Shown: one piece after another, positions 60,394 through 64,000 of the stretch
Numbering within the stretch: the stretch's first letter is position 1
Layout: the number at the start of each line of letters is the position of its first letter
From: Longimicrobiales bacterium
GTDB taxonomy: Bacteria; Gemmatimonadota; Gemmatimonadetes; Longimicrobiales; Gaopeijiaceae
Direction of reading: 5' to 3'
DNA: 64,000 bases
Assembly (NCBI GenBank): GCA_965197725.1
Contig: CBDANQ010000053.1
Coordinates: 1-64,000, forward strand
Notes under the pieces: generated by a model
Told to the model about the DNA's origin: nothing
Databases searched by the model: none
Seen by the model: only the letters and a program-made list of their open reading frames with translations
Translations under genes and position numbers: made by a program

Positions 60394-60887
60394 TTCTCGA
60401 CCACCGGATCGAGGCGCCGGAAGGCTCTAGCAATCAGCCGTTCGAGGAACTCAAAGATCTCGAGGTAGCGCTCGTCCGGACCCCCGATGGGGTCGGGGAC
60501 CGATGCCGTGCCGTCCTCTTCTCGACCCTCGGCGAACGACGTGATCAGCGCCGCGTTCTCGCCTCGACCGAGCTCCACGATCCTCACGAGGTGGCTCGGT
60601 GACATCACCAAGATGAGGTCGGCCCACTCGGTTAGCTCGGGGGTGAGCAGCGTCGCACTGTGCTCGGAAAGGTCTAGACCGTTCCCGGCTGCCGCGCGAA
60701 GCGCTCCACCGGAGGCGCGATCTCCGTCGAAAGCGGCAACGCCCGCCGAGCGCACCTCGAAGCCCTGCCAGCCCAACTCGGCGACCGCGCGTCGCGCGAT
60801 GACTGCTGCCATCGGGCTCCGACAAGTATTGCCGGTGCACACGAACAGGAGGCGGAACCCGCCCTCCATGCTAGGAACGGTTTCCAT
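60390..60887 (-). CDS. Low-molecular-weight protein tyrosine/arginine phosphatase
   Basis: VCTGNTCRSPMA, SAG, DPIG. Confidence 0.92.
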   Translation of the reverse strand: METVPSMEGGFRLLFVCTGNTCRSPMAAVIARRAVAELGWQGFEVRSAGVAAFDGDRASGGALRAAAGNGLDLSEHSATLLTPELTEWADLILVMSPSHLVRIVELGRGENAALITSFAEGREEDGTASVPDPIGGPDERYLEIFEFLERLIARAFRRLDPVVEK

Positions 60888-60899
60888 GAATCTCCGGTA

Positions 60900-61604
60900 T
60901 CACGGAATCTCCGGTATCACGCAGCGAAGCCTGCCCACCGAAACGGTACCCTCCCGCAGCACGGTGGGCGTGCCGCTCGTACAGTCGATGATCGTGGAGG
61001 GGCCGGATTCCGGAAGTGTGCCCCCATCCAGGAGCCAAACGTCGCTTCGCCCGAGTCGTTCGATCACCGCAGCCGCCTCGGTCCCCGACCGGGCAGGCTC
61101 CCGATCCGGTTCGTTTAGGCTTGTCGACGTGAGCGGGACCCCCAGTCGCTCGAGGAGTCGTCCCACGATCGGCTGCGGGCTCACCCGCACCGCGACCGTG
61201 CCGTCCACGCTGCGCACACCCGAAAGGAAGATACCGTGGGGGTCCCCCAGTACCAGGGTCACCGCCCCGGGCCAGAAGATCGACGCGAGCTTCTTCGCTT
61301 CGTCGGTCCACGCCAGCGCTTCCACCGAGGCCGCCGACGGTACGAGGGCAATCAAAGGCTTGTCGCGCCCGCGACGCTTGAGCTCGTACACCCTGCGGAT
61401 GCCCGAGAGCGTGCCCAGGGAACCGAAGCCGTACACGGTCTCGGTCGGATAGGCGATCACGCCGTCGCGCTCCAGGTGCGCGACAACCTTCGCGAGATCG
61501 GCTTCTGGATCTTCGCGCAGGTCGGTGCGACGCTCGAGAAGGGTGATCGGAAAGGGGGGCGGGCCACCACCCGCTTTGCGTCGGTGCCCGCGCGGTTGAT
61601 CCAT
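60900..61604 (-). CDS. tsaC: L-threonylcarbamoyladenylate synthase (TsaC/Sua5)
   Basis: YPTETVYG, KRR..KPL, FWPG, TSTSLN, STIID. Confidence 0.93.
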   Translation of the reverse strand: MDQPRGHRRKAGGGPPPFPITLLERRTDLREDPEADLAKVVAHLERDGVIAYPTETVYGFGSLGTLSGIRRVYELKRRGRDKPLIALVPSAASVEALAWTDEAKKLASIFWPGAVTLVLGDPHGIFLSGVRSVDGTVAVRVSPQPIVGRLLERLGVPLTSTSLNEPDREPARSGTEAAAVIERLGRSDVWLLDGGTLPESGPSTIIDCTSGTPTVLREGTVSVGRLRCVIPEIP

Positions 61605-61754
61605 CGTCTCTCCTCGTCGGACCACCGCCTTCGGCGGCGGTGCCCGCTAAGCTACGACTCCTCGTCGTTCCTTGCCTGAACGCGCGCAAGCGCGGGGCAC
61701 CCACGCCGTCCAGGCGTGGGTCGCGCGGCCCACCCCCCTTTCCGATCCCCCTTC
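61538..61754. mobile_element. MITE B overlapping the tsaC start
   Basis: 28-bp terminal IR with 2 mismatches; TA / mutated-TA flanks; internal modules shared with MITE A. Confidence 0.65.
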
Positions 61755-61758
61755 TAGG

Positions 61759-62466
61759 TCAGGCATGGTCGTTCCGTGCAGCCAGAATCGCTTCCGCGAT
61801 CGGGATGTCTTCGGGCCGAGTCAGCTTGATGTCGGTGGACCCGCCATCGACCATCTGAACCTTGCCCCCGACGGACTCCACGAGCGCGGAGTCATCGGTG
61901 CCGCTCCCAGCTCCCTCGTATGCGCGCCGGAGAAGATCGGCTGGAAAGACCTGCGGTGTGTGCGCATGCCACATCGCGACTCGACTCGGAGTGTCGACCA
62001 CTCGCCCCTGTTTGTCGACTCTCTTTATGGTGTCGACCGCGGGGCGCCCCGCGACTGCCCCGCGCCCTTCAGCCGCGATGTCGATGCACTCGGAGATCAT
62101 GGCCTGAGTCACCAACGGCCGCGCGGCGTCGTGAACCGCGATGATGTCCACGTCGTGGGGCAGAGCCAGAATCGCATTTCGGACCGAGTCGGTTCGCGTG
62201 TCGCCTCCGGCCACGACCTTGACGCGACCGTCGAGGTCGATGATCCACGCGGGGGGCTCGGCGGCGGCGTCCGGTGCGAGCGCAACGACAACCGCCACGA
62301 CACGAGGCTCGGACAGGAAGGGCCGGAGCGCATGGCGAAGTACCGGCTCACCGGCGAGCTCGACGAACGGTTTCCTCAATCCACCCATACGAACGCCGAG
62401 TCCAGCGGCGGGCACGGCGACCCCCACTCGAGGGGCCGATTCGGACCTGTCCCGCGGTCCGGTCAT
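61759..62466 (-). CDS. ispD: 2-C-methyl-D-erythritol 4-phosphate cytidylyltransferase
   Basis: AAGLGVRM, GGDTRTDSV, VHDAARP, TPQVF, TDDSAL, KLTRPED. Confidence 0.95.
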   Translation of the reverse strand: MTGPRDRSESAPRVGVAVPAAGLGVRMGGLRKPFVELAGEPVLRHALRPFLSEPRVVAVVVALAPDAAAEPPAWIIDLDGRVKVVAGGDTRTDSVRNAILALPHDVDIIAVHDAARPLVTQAMISECIDIAAEGRGAVAGRPAVDTIKRVDKQGRVVDTPSRVAMWHAHTPQVFPADLLRRAYEGAGSGTDDSALVESVGGKVQMVDGGSTDIKLTRPEDIPIAEAILAARNDHA

Positions 62467-63890
62467 GGACCGAGGCTCGGTCCCTCGCTCTGTGGTCCGC
62501 CTGCGCCCCCCCCGGGCTCGCGCTGGACAGAGTCGAACCGAGTGTAGGCCTTCTGGAAGAACAACTCCACCACGCCCGTCGGGCCGTTTCTCTGCTTGCT
62601 CACAATCAACTCCGCCTTCCCCTCGAGCTCCTCACGCTTGTCCGGTGAAGCGTAGTACTCGGGCCGGTACAGGAACATGACGATATCGGCATCCTGCTCG
62701 ATCGAACCGGAATCCCTGAGGTCCGACAGCATGGGTCGTTTGTCCGTCCGCTGCTCGGGCCCGCGGCTCAGCTGGGAGAGCGCCACGACGGGGACTTCGA
62801 GCTCGCGAGCGAGTGCTTTCAGGCCGCGAGAGATCTGGCTGACCTCTTGCACGCGGCTCTCCGTCCTCCCGGCTCCCGACATCAGCTGCATGTAGTCGAT
62901 GACGACCATGCCTAGATCCTTGCCATCGGCGCGCAGCTCCGACTGGAGGCGACGCGCCTTGGCGCGGATCTCGAGCACGTTGCTGCCGGGCGCATCGTCG
63001 ATCCAGATCGGCGCGGTGTTGAGATGCCCGGCCGCGGCGGCGAGCCGCTGGTGTTCCTCTGGCGAGAGCCAGCCCCGCCGCAGCTTCAGCGCGTCGATGC
63101 GCCCTTCGGCGCACAGGAGGCGCTGGACGAGCTGCTCGGACGACATCTCGAGTGAGAAGACAGCGACAGGAATGTTGTTCGAGATCGCGGCATTCGCGGT
63201 GACGTTGAGCACCCACGACGTCTTACCCATCGAGGGGCGCGCCGCGACGATCGCCAAGTCACCCTTCTGCAGCCCCGTCGTGATGCGGTCGAGGTCCCGG
63301 AATCCTGTGGCCACGCCGGTGATGCCACTGTCGGACTCCTGAAGCCGCTCGATGTGCTCGAACGCCGACCAAAGGACCTCCTTGATCCAGACGAAGCCCT
63401 GTCGTTTGTGACTCTCCGCGACTCGGAAAATTCGCGCTTCCGCTTGATCGAGGATCTCATCGACCTCGCGCTCACCCTGGTCATAGACGTCCCGGATGAT
63501 TTGCGACGATTGCTCGACGAGTCGCCGCAGCAATGCCTTGTCGCGAACGATGCGAGCGTGGTACTCGAGGTTGGCCGCTGTGGGCACGGCATCAACGAGC
63601 GCGGCCAGGTAGTCGAACCCCCCGGCCGATTCCATCTCACCGGTCTTCTTGAGCTCCTCCGAGACCGTGATCACATCGATCACGTCCCCGCGTTCGAAGA
63701 GGCGGACCATGGCCCGGTAGAGCCGTCGGTTCGCCTCCCGATAGAACATGGAGTCGTTGAGGAACTCCACGGCCCGCGGCACCGCGTCCCGGTCGATCAG
63801 CATGCCACCCAGTACGGCGGTCTCCGCCTCGAGCGAGAACGGAGGCGTCCGATCGAATACGGCCTGGGCGAGGTTAGGTGAGGCTTCCAT
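62463..63890 (-). CDS. dnaB: Replicative DNA helicase
   Basis: PPFSLEAE, AARPSMGKT, FSLEM, IDYMQL, LSQLSR, DLRDSGSIEQDAD, KQRNGP. Confidence 0.97.
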   Translation of the reverse strand: MEASPNLAQAVFDRTPPFSLEAETAVLGGMLIDRDAVPRAVEFLNDSMFYREANRRLYRAMVRLFERGDVIDVITVSEELKKTGEMESAGGFDYLAALVDAVPTAANLEYHARIVRDKALLRRLVEQSSQIIRDVYDQGEREVDEILDQAEARIFRVAESHKRQGFVWIKEVLWSAFEHIERLQESDSGITGVATGFRDLDRITTGLQKGDLAIVAARPSMGKTSWVLNVTANAAISNNIPVAVFSLEMSSEQLVQRLLCAEGRIDALKLRRGWLSPEEHQRLAAAAGHLNTAPIWIDDAPGSNVLEIRAKARRLQSELRADGKDLGMVVIDYMQLMSGAGRTESRVQEVSQISRGLKALARELEVPVVALSQLSRGPEQRTDKRPMLSDLRDSGSIEQDADIVMFLYRPEYYASPDKREELEGKAELIVSKQRNGPTGVVELFFQKAYTRFDSVQREPGGGAGGPQSEGPSLGP

Positions 63891-63925
63891 TGGTCCTAAG
63901 ATACACACGCCGTCAAGCGCGCAAC

Positions 63926-64000
63926 CTACGCGCTATTCATGACCCCCCTGAGTAGCTGCAGGTCGTCCCAGAACGCACGGGTCCACTTCGGATTTCGCAA
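63926..64000 (-). CDS. 3' end of probable family-4 uracil-DNA glycosylase (partial)
   Basis: LRNPKWTRAFWDDLQLL resembles the tail after the HPAxLLR motif; only 24 aa visible. Confidence 0.5.
   Translation of the reverse strand: MRNPKWTRAFWDDLQLLRGVMNSA

Overview
GC-rich bacterial chromosome segment. Gene order and protein style suggest Gemmatimonadota (inference, no database search). It is mostly core housekeeping clusters: serS; rplM-rpsI-rpsB-tsf-pyrH-frr-uppS-cdsA-dxr-rseP; moaD/E/A-mdh; carA; rnhA; dnaB-ispD-tsaC-aroE-comF-gap-pgk-tpiA-secG. An accessory stretch (~29-45 kb) holds many gene remnants and a decayed tRNA-Asn island, and three IS elements (IS256, IS1182-like, IS110) are present. 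Main highlights: (1) a complete IS110 whose left non-coding end folds into a two-loop bridge-type RNA whose guides match its own donor junction and its insertion site; (2) two tandem Cys-rich leader peptide/terminator modules upstream of cysH, i.e. a candidate cysteine-sensing attenuator; (3) a radical SAM protein with an in-frame UGA (C-U-A-E-P tail) and SECIS-like hairpin; (4) a TA-flanked MITE inserted into codon 4 of tsaC that appears to supply a new start; (5) an island duplicating the 5' rather than 3' half of a tRNA, with degenerate attC-like sites; (6) an unidentified ~370-nt structured non-coding transcript candidate. All calls were made by eye from motifs; single-base lesions could be assembly errors.
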